From contig CAXXSL010000013.1 of the NCBI GenBank assembly GCA_963675525.2, positions 448,001 through 512,000 of the forward strand: a DNA stretch of 64,000 nucleotides, given 5' to 3'. Made by a program: the position numbers and the translations under genes. How positions within the stretch are numbered: the first letter of the stretch is position 1; each line of letters begins with the position of its first letter. Of this stretch, positions 31,073-39,916 are shown one piece after another. This stretch comes from Anaerohalosphaeraceae bacterium. GTDB lineage: Bacteria; Planctomycetota; Phycisphaerae; Sedimentisphaerales; Anaerohalosphaeraceae. The notes below the pieces were generated by a model. The model did not search any database. It saw only the letters and a list, made by a program, of their open reading frames with translations, and was not told the DNA's origin.

Positions 31073-32758
31073 TTATCCCAATGCTTTTTCTTTGATTTGC
31101 AGTAAATCCTTCATCACGCTGGACAGGCAAACTGTATTGCCGGCAAGCCCGAAACCATCGTGCAGTTGTTTATACAACGCATAGAGCTTTTTATAAACGG
31201 CACAATTTTCCGGTATCGGCTTGTAAACGATGTCTTTGACACCGGTCATGGCTTTCTGAGCAGAAGCATAATCATCAAAGCCGCCATTGGCGGAACCAGC
31301 CACAACCGCCGCAGCAATTGCAGAGCCCAGTGCACAGGTTTGTGCAGAACGTGACACTTTCATCTCGCGGCCTGTAATGTCGGCGTAAATCTGCATAACC
31401 ATCGGGTTCTTTTCGGCAATGCCGCCGCAATTGACGACCTGGTCAATCTTAACACCGTATTCTTCAAAACGATTGATGATAGTCAATGCCCCAAAAGCCG
31501 TTGCTTCAATCAATGTGCGATAAATCTCTTCCGGCTTGGTGTGCAGGGTCTGTCCCAACAGCAACCCGGTCAGCCGCTGGTCCACGAGAATGGTGCGGTT
31601 GCCGTTGTTCCAGTCCAGCGCTAACAGCCCTGACTGGCCGGGTTTAAGCTTGTCGGCTTTTTCGGTCAGGGCCACATGATCGCCCTGTTCTTTGCCGCCC
31701 GGCTGAATATAATTAACAAACCAATTGAAAATATCCCCGACGGCAGATTGCCCTGCCTCCAGACCGTAATAACCGGGAAGAACGGAACCATCCACAATGC
31801 CGCAGATTCCAGGTATATCCGGCAATTTCGCATCGCTGGGAGCAACTACCATGTCACAGGTGCTTGTCCCGATGATCTTGACAAGCGTGCCCGGGCCGAT
31901 CCCCGAACCGACACCGCCCAGATGTGCATCAAACGCACCCATCGCAACCGGAATACCGGCTTTGAGACCAAGCTTTTCGGCCCAGTCTTCCGTTAAGTCT
32001 CCGGCTTTTTCGTCGATGGCATAGGTCTTATCCGACAGTGTATCGCGAAGCTTGCCCAACTTCGGGTCCAGCTTTGCAAGAAAATCTTTCGCGGGATAGC
32101 CACCCCATTCATCATTGAACATCGCCTTATGTCCGGCTGCACATCGGCAGCGTTTCACTTTGCCCGGATGATCAGTGCCGGTTAATACGCCGGTAATCCA
32201 GTCAGCATGTTCGACCCATGTATGGGCCGCATCGAACACTTTCGAATCAATCCGCAGGCAATGCAGGAGTTTACTGAAAAACCATTCGGATGAATAGATG
32301 CCGCCGCACTTGGCAAGGTATTCGGGATGGTCCTTCTCAGCCAGCCTGGTAATCTCCGCGGCTTCGGCATGTCCGGTATGGTCTTTCCAAAGCCACACAT
32401 AGGCGTTGAGGTTGTCTTTGAATTCCGCCTTCAGTGCCAGCGGAATGCCAGCGGCATCCACCGGAATGGGCGTTGAACCGGTGGTATCGACACCAATACC
32501 AATAATTTGTGAGGGGTCAAAAGACGGGTCGGCTTTTTTTGCCTGAGCCATTGCGCCGCTGATGGTAACTTCAATACCCTTGAGATAATCGGCCGGGTTT
32601 TGCCGGGCCACATTATGGTCCGAAGGGTCCAGCATGATGCCCGCCTGACCTGTTTCGTATTCATACACACAGGTCCCCAACTCACGACCATCGTTAGTAT
32701 CGACAATTAATCCACGAACCGAATTGGTGCCATAATCGAGGCCAATTGTGTAAGCCAT
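31073..32758 (-). CDS. araB: Ribulokinase
   Basis: IGLDYGTNSVR; GVDTTGSTP; LWKDH; YSSEWF; EAGQSAVGD; LDWNNGNR. Confidence 0.97.
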   Translation of the reverse strand: MAYTIGLDYGTNSVRGLIVDTNDGRELGTCVYEYETGQAGIMLDPSDHNVARQNPADYLKGIEVTISGAMAQAKKADPSFDPSQIIGIGVDTTGSTPIPVDAAGIPLALKAEFKDNLNAYVWLWKDHTGHAEAAEITRLAEKDHPEYLAKCGGIYSSEWFFSKLLHCLRIDSKVFDAAHTWVEHADWITGVLTGTDHPGKVKRCRCAAGHKAMFNDEWGGYPAKDFLAKLDPKLGKLRDTLSDKTYAIDEKAGDLTEDWAEKLGLKAGIPVAMGAFDAHLGGVGSGIGPGTLVKIIGTSTCDMVVAPSDAKLPDIPGICGIVDGSVLPGYYGLEAGQSAVGDIFNWFVNYIQPGGKEQGDHVALTEKADKLKPGQSGLLALDWNNGNRTILVDQRLTGLLLGQTLHTKPEEIYRTLIEATAFGALTIINRFEEYGVKIDQVVNCGGIAEKNPMVMQIYADITGREMKVSRSAQTCALGSAIAAAVVAGSANGGFDDYASAQKAMTGVKDIVYKPIPENCAVYKKLYALYKQLHDGFGLAGNTVCLSSVMKDLLQIKEKALG

Positions 32759-32809
32759 TTCGTACTACCTCCTAAAATCAGGGTTCAAGAACTGTATGTT
32801 AGAACCGAC

Positions 32810-32881
32810 ATTCTAGTGAGATTAGACTTGATTGCAAGTCCAATTTGCGGTAAATTATAACCAGTTTGCGAAAAAACATGA
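32810..32881 (-). promoter_or_regulatory. Putative araB promoter with tandem AraC/XylR-type half-sites
   Basis: Minus strand TTGCAA-N16-TAGAAT (32837..32810); direct repeats CCAATTTGCG (32840) and CCAGTTTGCG (32861) 21 bp apart; palindrome GACTTG-N4-CAAGTC at 32825-32840. Confidence 0.6.
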
Positions 32882-32902
32882 TTTATTAATACTGAAAAAG
32901 CC

Positions 32903-34054
32903 ATGCGTAAAGTCATCATTATGATCGATACGGCCCGCGCTTCCGGCAGGAAATTCCTGCGGGGCATCGAGCGGTATCTTCGAGCAAACCCCCATTGGGA
33001 AGTCTGCCTGCAACCACCCCACTATCTACCTGATCAGAATTTTAACGCTCGTTCCTGGTTCCATCTGCAGGATGCCGATGGCCTGATCTCACGTGATTCC
33101 CCGCACGCAGCCAATTTCTTGAATCTGAATATTCCCAAAATTATCGATGACACAAAATATGAAGATCCGGGGACATCGATTGTCTATACGAATTCTAAAA
33201 AGACCGGTGAAATGGCCGCCCGGTATTTTATCGGGCTGGGTTTCAAGCACTTCGCGTTTTGCGGTTTTGAAGGGCTTAACTGGTCGGAACAGCGTTACAA
33301 AATGTTTTCTGGCTGTCTTAGGGAGAACGGGCTTAGCAGCATCTTTAATTATCACGACTGGCCGGGTTGCACGCAACAGACCGAAACGGAACGCTTGAAT
33401 ATTGCCGAATGGCTCAAGACGCTGCCCAAGCCCGTGTGTGTGTTTGCCTGTAACGACGACCGGGGCGTCTATATTCTCGAAGCCTGCAAAATCGTCGGAT
33501 TAAAAGTGCCTGAGGAGGTTGCGGTGCTTGGTGCAGACAATGATGAGCTGACGTGTGATCTTTTGTCGCCGCCGTTGTCCAGTATTGAGCTGAATTTTGA
33601 GCGAGGCGGTTTTGAAACCGCTCAATTACTGGACGAGTTGATGCGTCACGAAAAATCATCACGCGATATTGTGATCGACCCCATCGATATCATTACACGG
33701 CAATCGACAAATGTTTTTTCGGTCGATGACGAGGAGGTTGCTATGGCACTGCGATTTATCCGGGAACATTACAACAATCCGATCCAGGTCAAAGATGTCG
33801 TTGCGGCCACGGTTCTGTCACGACGGGACCTTGAATTGAAATTCAAGAATAAACTGAGGCGGTCCATCAAAGATGAGATCAATCGGCTGCGTATCGAATC
33901 GGTCAAACGAAAACTGATCAACTCCAGTGACACGATTTACAACATCGCCGCGACGCTCAACTATACGGACCCTCAACATTTCTCTCGCTTTTTCAAACAA
34001 GTGGCAGGCTGTAGCCCCAGTCAGTTCCGCCAACTCAACAAGCCTTTTACATAG
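32903..34054 (+). CDS. XylR-type regulator (periplasmic-binding-like sensor plus AraC HTH)
   Basis: LPKPVCVFACND; VPEEVAVLGADND; PPLSSI; HFSRFFKQVAGCSPSQFR; divergent from araB. Confidence 0.93.
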   Translation: MRKVIIMIDTARASGRKFLRGIERYLRANPHWEVCLQPPHYLPDQNFNARSWFHLQDADGLISRDSPHAANFLNLNIPKIIDDTKYEDPGTSIVYTNSKKTGEMAARYFIGLGFKHFAFCGFEGLNWSEQRYKMFSGCLRENGLSSIFNYHDWPGCTQQTETERLNIAEWLKTLPKPVCVFACNDDRGVYILEACKIVGLKVPEEVAVLGADNDELTCDLLSPPLSSIELNFERGGFETAQLLDELMRHEKSSRDIVIDPIDIITRQSTNVFSVDDEEVAMALRFIREHYNNPIQVKDVVAATVLSRRDLELKFKNKLRRSIKDEINRLRIESVKRKLINSSDTIYNIAATLNYTDPQHFSRFFKQVAGCSPSQFRQLNKPFT

Positions 34055-34211
34055 CAAAATAACTCGGTGGCCGAGTGTTTTCTCGACCCCGGGGACAGGA
34101 CACTCAGTTATACTGTTTTTTCATGACGATGATACTGCTTGCCGAGAGGATAACACTGCAACCATCCAATAAACTCAGCCATTTACTCATTTTGTCCAAT
34201 TCCCTATTGGG

Positions 34212-34254
34212 GAAAAAACAAAAAGCCTCATTTTCGAAGGTGAAAATGAGGCTT
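34212..34254 (-). terminator. Intrinsic terminator after tRNA-Val
   Basis: Minus strand AAGCCTCATTTTC-loop-GAAAATGAGGCTT followed by TTTGTTTTTT. Confidence 0.75.
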
Positions 34255-34260
34255 CTTGAA

Positions 34261-34334
34261 TGGGCGCTGAGGGACTTGAACCCCCGACATCCTGCTTGTA
34301 AGGCAGGCACTCTAGCCAACTGAGTTAAGCGCCC
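34261..34334 (-). tRNA. tRNA-Val(TAC)
   Basis: GGGCGCT acceptor; CCTGC-CTTACAA-GCAGG anticodon arm; TTCAAGT T-loop; CCA not encoded. Confidence 0.97.
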
Positions 34335-34345
34335 GGAAGGTGCGT

Positions 34346-34374
34346 ACTATACGGAGTTGGGGCGGCCCTGTCAA
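34346..34374 (-). promoter_or_regulatory. Sigma70-type promoter of tRNA-Val
   Basis: TTGACA-N17-TATAGT on the minus strand. Confidence 0.8.
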
Positions 34375-34405
34375 CCTTTTTAGTCTGTGAAAATGAGGAT
34401 TTTGG

Positions 34406-34433
34406 TTGAAAACAGCTTTTCTCCGGATACAAT
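34406..34433 (+). promoter_or_regulatory. Sigma70-type promoter of tRNA-Ala
   Basis: TTGAAA-N16-TACAAT just upstream of the tRNA. Confidence 0.6.
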
Positions 34434-34449
34434 AAGCGAAACCCATGAC

Positions 34450-34520
34450 GGGGCTGTCGTATAATGGGAGTACACCGCGGTCGCATCGCGGGGATGAGGG
34501 TTCGATTCCCTCCAGCTCCA
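34450..34520 (+). tRNA. tRNA-Ala(CGC)
   Basis: GGGGCTG/CAGCTCC acceptor with G3:U70; CCGCG-GTCGCAT-CGCGG anticodon arm; GAGGG-TTCGATT-CCCTC T arm; 71 nt, no CCA. Confidence 0.93.
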
Positions 34521-34616
34521 GTCCTCACCAATCATTCCCTGTTTTGCTGGATTTTCTCGCCGGAGTGGATATACTTTGGATATTTGAAACAGCAATATCA
34601 TGATAGGAGATAAATC

Positions 34617-35807
34617 ATGGCAAAGGTATTGATTATTGGTGCCGGCGGAGTCAGTAACGTGGTTGTTCATAAATGTGCGCAGGTCAGCGAGGTGTTCGAC
34701 GAAATCGTGCTGGCCAGCCGGACAAAGTCCAAATGCGACGCAATTGCCGCCTCGCTGAATCGCCCGATTGTGACCGAGCAGGTGGATGCCGACGACGTGC
34801 CGCAGATGGTCGCGCTGATCAAAAAGCACAAACCGGACTTAGTGCTGAACGTCGCCCTCCCGTATCAGGATCTGCCGATAATGGACGCGTGCCTGGAAAC
34901 CGGTGTCGATTATCTCGACACGGCCAATTATGAACCCATCGACGAGGCCAAGTTTGAATACAAGTGGCAATGGGCCTATCAGGAGCGTTTCAAAGAAGCC
35001 GGCATCATGGCACTGCTGGGCAGCGGATTCGATCCCGGCGTGACAAACGTGTTCTGTGCGTATGCGCAAAAGCATTACTTTGACGAGATTCACACCGTCG
35101 ATATCGTTGACTGCAACGCCGGCGAGCACGGCCATCCCTTTGCCACGAACTTCAACCCGGAAATCAACATCCGTGAAATCACACAAAAGGGAAAGTACTG
35201 GGAAGACGGCCAGTGGAAGGAAATCGAGCCGATGAGTGTCTCACTCGACGTGGACTATCCGGAAGTCGGCCCCAAACGGTCGTACCTGTTGTATCATGAG
35301 GAACTCGAATCGCTGGTTAAGCACATTAAGGGCCTCAAACGCATCCGTTTCTGGATGACATTCGGACAGGCGTATATCACCCACCTGCAGGTCCTGCAGA
35401 ATGTCGGCATGACCAGTATCGTTCCCGTGGAATACGAGGGGCACCAGATCGTACCGCTGCAATTTTTGAAAGCGGTGCTGCCGGACCCGGGAAGTCTGGG
35501 AACCAACTACACCGGCAAGACCTGCATCGGCTGTATCTTTGACGGTATCAAAGACGGCAAACAGAAAAATTTGATGATTTACAACGTCTGCGACCATGCC
35601 GAATGCTTCAAGGAAACCGGCGCACAGGCCGTGTCCTATACCACCGGCGTGCCCGCCATGATCGGCGCCAAGATGATGCTCACCGGAAAATGGAAAAAAG
35701 CAGGCGTTTGGCACATGGAGCAATTCGACCCCGATCCCTTCATGGACGATTTAAATAAATACGGCCTGCCCTGGAAAGTATTGGAAGGAAAAACTCTGGA
35801 GAGCTAA
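34617..35807 (+). CDS. Carboxynorspermidine dehydrogenase (saccharopine dehydrogenase family)
   Basis: IIGAGGV; NVALPYQDL; YLDTANYE; GFDPGVT; FATNFNPEINIRE; QAVSYTTGVPA. Confidence 0.92.
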   Translation: MAKVLIIGAGGVSNVVVHKCAQVSEVFDEIVLASRTKSKCDAIAASLNRPIVTEQVDADDVPQMVALIKKHKPDLVLNVALPYQDLPIMDACLETGVDYLDTANYEPIDEAKFEYKWQWAYQERFKEAGIMALLGSGFDPGVTNVFCAYAQKHYFDEIHTVDIVDCNAGEHGHPFATNFNPEINIREITQKGKYWEDGQWKEIEPMSVSLDVDYPEVGPKRSYLLYHEELESLVKHIKGLKRIRFWMTFGQAYITHLQVLQNVGMTSIVPVEYEGHQIVPLQFLKAVLPDPGSLGTNYTGKTCIGCIFDGIKDGKQKNLMIYNVCDHAECFKETGAQAVSYTTGVPAMIGAKMMLTGKWKKAGVWHMEQFDPDPFMDDLNKYGLPWKVLEGKTLES

Positions 35808-35813
35808 AAATCT

Positions 35814-36218
35814 ATGACAGAGAAACAAAGAAAAATAATCCATATAATCGCCTTTGCTATTGGGATTATTTCCTTATTTCTATTCTTTAAGGGACTCTAT
35901 CTTTGGGCGGGCATCGGAATTATTTTGATGGGTGTTATCTTCACATGTATCAAAGTCCATGGTGGTGAATTGAATATCGTCATTGGTTTAATGCCAATTT
36001 TAATTCAGTTTCAACAAATGACACTGCTTGGTTTTTTGTCAATCATTGTTATGTTGGCGGGGATTTATGATTTGATTATGATTATTCAAATCAGAAAAGA
36101 TTTGAAGGTCAATGGAAGTATAAAGGATCGGAAAGCATTCAATGAGAGTTTTCGTGAAAAAGAATTATTTCACCGGCTTTTCGTTAAACTCGGAAAACTG
36201 TTGGCCTTGAATAAATAG
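35814..36218 (+). CDS. AT-rich hypothetical membrane protein
   Basis: 134 aa with about 4 TM helices; starts 7 nt after the upstream stop. Confidence 0.7.
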   Translation: MTEKQRKIIHIIAFAIGIISLFLFFKGLYLWAGIGIILMGVIFTCIKVHGGELNIVIGLMPILIQFQQMTLLGFLSIIVMLAGIYDLIMIIQIRKDLKVNGSIKDRKAFNESFREKELFHRLFVKLGKLLALNK

Positions 36219-36300
36219 CCCCTTGGGGCGAAATATTGTAGCCCCACCCGTCAGGGTGGGACCAGGAAATAGTAATAAACTAAGCCGAGCCCGTGGGAGT
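36217..36300 (+). repeat. Three-hairpin REP-like element, copy E1 (third hairpin degenerate)
   Basis: AGCCCC-TT-GGGGCG...TAGCCCCACCC-GTCA-GGGTGGG; nearly identical to the middle part of E4. Confidence 0.8.
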
Positions 36301-36325
36301 AGTGATTCTTTTAAGGAGAAATATT

Positions 36326-37282
36326 ATGGAGCGTATTAACCTGTTATGTCTGTTGTGTTTGGTGATCTTTGGAATTTCCTGTGCCTACGCCGAATCAATC
36401 GAAGCCGACCTCATTCAGCAGCCAGCGTACCATGCCGAGTTGGTCTGGCAGACGGAAGCTGTCTTCCACACACCTGAAGCCGTGCTTTATGACCCCGGGC
36501 GGGATGTGCTGTATGTCAGCAACCACCGCAGGACCGATCCGAATCTGCCCGGCGAATTCATTTCCCGTGTCGATACCGACGGGAACATACTGGACCTGAA
36601 ATGGATAACCGGACTGAACCGTCCCACAGGATTAACCATCTACAAGGACAAGCTGTATGTCGTGGAACGCACGAACCTGGTGTGTATTGATATCGATACC
36701 GCACGGATTGAGAAACGTTATCCCATTACGGAGACGGGTTTTCCCAACGACGTGGTCTTTGATCCCGATGGGGTCGGCTACATTTCGTACAGCGGAAGCG
36801 ACAGCAAGGCGCCAGTGTATCGCTTTAAGGATGAACGAATTGAACCGTGGCTTTCAAACGAGCAACTGCTGCAGCCCAATGGCCTGTTGATAGAGGGCGA
36901 GCATTTAGTCGCCTATGATCATAACCGTAAGGCTCTCGTTCGTATTCACCGCGACAGCCAAACGGTCGAGGAAATCGCGAAAATTGACCCACACCCCAAA
37001 GGGATGGGCGACGGTCTGGTAAAACTGGACGCAAACACGTATCTCCTAACAGCATGGGGCGGCCCGAGCTGGATTGTCGAGCAGACCGGGCGTATTACCG
37101 AATACGTCAACACCGAGACATTAACACGGGACGAGGAAAAACAAGTCAATAATGCGGACATCGGCCTGATACCGCAAAAACATCTGTTGATCATCCCGAC
37201 ATTCTTTAACCATCGACTATTGGCATATAAATGGTCCAAAAACCACACGCCGGACGCTGCCGATACTACGGACACGCCCTGA
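36326..37282 (+). CDS. Exported beta-propeller protein, SMP-30/gluconolactonase-like
   Basis: Signal peptide; PEAVLYD..LYVSN; GLNRPTGL; FPNDVVFD; PNGL; GDGL; ADIG; start after AAGGAG. Confidence 0.8.
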   Translation: MERINLLCLLCLVIFGISCAYAESIEADLIQQPAYHAELVWQTEAVFHTPEAVLYDPGRDVLYVSNHRRTDPNLPGEFISRVDTDGNILDLKWITGLNRPTGLTIYKDKLYVVERTNLVCIDIDTARIEKRYPITETGFPNDVVFDPDGVGYISYSGSDSKAPVYRFKDERIEPWLSNEQLLQPNGLLIEGEHLVAYDHNRKALVRIHRDSQTVEEIAKIDPHPKGMGDGLVKLDANTYLLTAWGGPSWIVEQTGRITEYVNTETLTRDEEKQVNNADIGLIPQKHLLIIPTFFNHRLLAYKWSKNHTPDAADTTDTP

Positions 37283-37349
37283 AAAACATTAGAAGGAAAA
37301 ATACTAGAGGATTAGAAACAGCAGATTATAACGAAAAGAGTTCAGGAAG

Positions 37350-37829
37350 ATGAGAAAAAGGGCCAGGTTTGTTATTAAAGTAGCATGTATTTTACTTGCG
37401 TGTTGGTTGTTTTATAAAATCGCAATATTCTGTTGGTTTTTAAGTGGTTGTGTTCAGTCAGATGTTGTCAAAAGAATTCAATCGCCCGATAGGACGAAGA
37501 TGGCTCTTTTGGTCAGAAGACATGCCCTTGTTGATTTGAATTTTCTTGTTAAGCTCGAGGAAGATAATTCTACAGAAACGTTACATTTTTCCAAAGATTT
37601 TGGAGCGGATTTTTTTGCTGATTGGAATGAAAAGCTAATCTGGTCTAATGATTCCAGTTTCCTCATGATGATGGTTGATGATATTAATCAAAATAACCAA
37701 AAGTATATGTGGGCTTATGACTTTAAAGACAACAAAGAATACACAGACGAAGACGAAACTGTGATTATGGAAATATTAAAGACAAGAAATGAGGGCAAAG
37801 AAAACCCAATAGAGGCTCGGTATAAATAG
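37350..37829 (+). CDS. AT-rich hypothetical exported or membrane-anchored protein
   Basis: 159 aa, N-terminal hydrophobic segment, SPD...W motifs. Confidence 0.7.
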   Translation: MRKRARFVIKVACILLACWLFYKIAIFCWFLSGCVQSDVVKRIQSPDRTKMALLVRRHALVDLNFLVKLEEDNSTETLHFSKDFGADFFADWNEKLIWSNDSSFLMMMVDDINQNNQKYMWAYDFKDNKEYTDEDETVIMEILKTRNEGKENPIEARYK

Positions 37830-37923
37830 CCCATTAGGGTATTATGTTATAGCCTCGCCCGTGAGGGCGTGGGGAAAAGGGGCCAACGCAACCCACATTC
37901 AAGCCCGCGCAGCGGGCGGCATA
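37828..37923 (+). repeat. Three-hairpin REP-like element, copy E2 (left flank of the transposase)
   Basis: AGCCC-ATTA-GGGT; TAGCCTCGCCC-GTGA-GGGCGTGG; AAGCCCGC-GCA-GCGGGCGGCATA. Confidence 0.85.
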
Positions 37924-37934
37924 GAAAGGAGACT

Positions 37935-38387
37935 ATGGGGCATACCTATTCAAACAACCTGTTTCACATTATCTTCAGCACGAAAGACCGCCGCGGGTTA
38001 TTGGCAGACAAGAACAGAGACGAAATACATCGTTACATTACAGGAATTATTCGGAATCTGGATTGTACCTTGCTGAGAATCAACTCCGTCAGCAACCACG
38101 CACACCTGCTGTGCAAAATTAAACCATCCATTGCCGTTTCGGATTTCGTCAGCAAAGTAAAATCAAACTCATCCCGCTGGATGAAAGAACATTTTGAGTT
38201 ACCCTTTGGCTTTCAATGGCAAAGCGGATTCTCGAGTTTCAGCGTCAGTGAATCGGCCGCCGAACACGTTATTCGTTATATCGAAAGCCAGCAGGAACAT
38301 CATAAAACTGTTACTTTCGAGGAGGAATTAAAATCGTTTTTGGACAAACATGGGATTAATTATGACCCGATGCATTATCTGGATTGA
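37935..38387 (+). mobile_element. tnpA: HUH/Y1 tyrosine transposase (IS200/IS605 TnpA or RAYT-like), no tnpB
   Basis: HIIFSTKDR; HAH (HUH motif); KSNSSRW; FQWQSGF; catalytic YIESQQEHH; start after AAGGAG. Confidence 0.92.
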
Positions 38388-38390
38388 GTA

Positions 38391-38486
38391 TATTCCGCCC
38401 GCTGCGCGGGCTTAGGAGGAGGAATTGAAACTCTTAACCCACGGGCTTATGCCCGAGGCTCCAACATTGCGCCTCCTATGGAGGCT
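38391..38486 (-). repeat. Three-hairpin REP-like element, copy E3 (right flank, inverted to E2)
   Basis: TATTCCGCCCGCTGCGCGGGCTT is the reverse complement of 37901-37923 with one mismatch; middle hairpin shows compensatory changes. Confidence 0.85.
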
Positions 38487-38546
38487 AAAAAATACGCCCG
38501 TAAAAAAAATCTGCCTGCTGTAGGTTGGAGAATACGATCACATAAA

Positions 38547-38643
38547 AGGCCTCATCAGAGGCCGATATATTGTAGCCCCACCCGTAAGGGTGGGGATAAG
38601 AAATCACGCAACAAAATGAAGAGCCCCCGCAGGGGGCGATATA
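38547..38643 (+). repeat. Three-hairpin REP-like element, copy E4
   Basis: GGCCTC-ATCA-GAGGCCG; TAGCCCCACCC-GTAA-GGGTGGGG; AGCCCCC-GCA-GGGGGCGATATA. Confidence 0.85.
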
Positions 38644-38675
38644 AATAAGATGCCGGCGGAACCTCTTATACCTCT

Positions 38676-39158
38676 CTATTTAATTTCGGACTTGCCGATT
38701 TCCATGATTTCGAAATGTACTTCGCCGCGGGGGACTGTTACCGAGACTTTATCGCCGACGACGTGGTCGAGCAGCGCCTCGCCAACCGGCGAGACAATCG
38801 AAATACTGTCATCGGTCAGGTCGGCGTCATGCGGGCCCAGCAGTTGATAGACGACCCTGCCGCCGGTTTCCAGATTCTTCAGCGTCACCACTGTCCCGAA
38901 CCCGACTTTGTCGCACGGGGCCTGCGTACAATCGACAACCTTTGAAAAGTTCAGTTTGCCCCTGATCTCTCCGAGACGGCCCTCGACAAAGCCCAGTTCC
39001 TGTCGCCCGTAAATATATTCGCCGTTTTCCTTTAAGTCGCCCTGCTCACGCGCTTCTTTAACCCGTTGTCTGACTTCGATAGCTTTCTCTTCCAGTTCGC
39101 TGAGTTCGGCTTTCAGCGATTCATGACCCGTCTGAGAAATCGGCATAATGTCATGCAT
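38676..39158 (-). CDS. greA: Transcription elongation factor GreA
   Basis: AREQGDLKENGEY; VGFGTVVTL; ISIVSPVGEALL. Confidence 0.93.
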   Translation of the reverse strand: MHDIMPISQTGHESLKAELSELEEKAIEVRQRVKEAREQGDLKENGEYIYGRQELGFVEGRLGEIRGKLNFSKVVDCTQAPCDKVGFGTVVTLKNLETGGRVVYQLLGPHDADLTDDSISIVSPVGEALLDHVVGDKVSVTVPRGEVHFEIMEIGKSEIK

Positions 39159-39447
39159 TCGAACAAATCTCCAAATGTTGGTAACGGTACTATTTTCTAA
39201 AAGCAACACTATAACATATTGTTATGCGGCTGTAAACAATTTTTTGCTATTTCATAAGCAGCGTATGGGGGCCGGAACATTTAATTCTTCACAAAAATAC
39301 TTGATTGTTTTCATTGCATCATGTCCGAAAAGGACTATCATGAAGGTGTCCCGCATTTGGGCGAATAGCTGCGGCCCCATCCGTGAGGGAAATCCCGCAG
39401 GGATTGAATCGTCGTTTTTTAGGAGACAACTGTAGGGAGGTTTGGAA

Positions 39448-39894
39448 ATGAAAGATCGTTTGCGAACAATCGCCGACATCATCGAGTATGCGATCGAGCA
39501 GGAGGCTAAAGCTAACTCGTTTTACAAACATCTGGCGCAGGATGTGGAAAAAGCCGAATTGAAGCGGGCCCTGGAAAATCTCGCAGTCGATGAGTTTCAA
39601 CACAAACTGCGTCTTGAAGGCGTCCGCGACGGGCAGGTCGAACTGATCGAAGAGGAAATCGGTTCGCTGCATATTGCCGAGTCGATCGACGATGTCAAAC
39701 CGCGGCGGAATATGAGCTTCAAGGAACTGCTTGCGTTTGCCATCAAACAAGAATCTGCCGCCCAGAAACTCTATATGAAATTGGCTCAAATAACAAAACG
39801 CCCAAAGGTCAAAGAGATGTTCGTCCTGCTGGCCCAGGAAGAGGCCCGGCACAAGTTGAACCTTGAGATCGAATACGATCTGACGACGTTCTAA
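39448..39894 (+). CDS. Rubrerythrin-like ferritin-fold protein
   Basis: Two E..FY..LA..EExH repeats (AIEQE/DEFQH; AIKQE/EEARH). Confidence 0.88.
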   Translation: MKDRLRTIADIIEYAIEQEAKANSFYKHLAQDVEKAELKRALENLAVDEFQHKLRLEGVRDGQVELIEEEIGSLHIAESIDDVKPRRNMSFKELLAFAIKQESAAQKLYMKLAQITKRPKVKEMFVLLAQEEARHKLNLEIEYDLTTF

Positions 39895-39916
39895 TGCAAC
39901 TAAGGGAGCGATTGTT

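Noticed and set aside
34261..34520. tRNA-anchored genomic island
   Set aside because: No integrase and no duplicated tRNA 3' end seen in the window
36217..38643. Classical integron attC sites
   Set aside because: No RYYYAAC/GTTRRRY cores and no IntI tyrosine recombinase in the window
38388..38675. tnpB/IscB or omega RNA next to tnpA
   Set aside because: No nuclease ORF follows; the space is explained by elements E3 and E4
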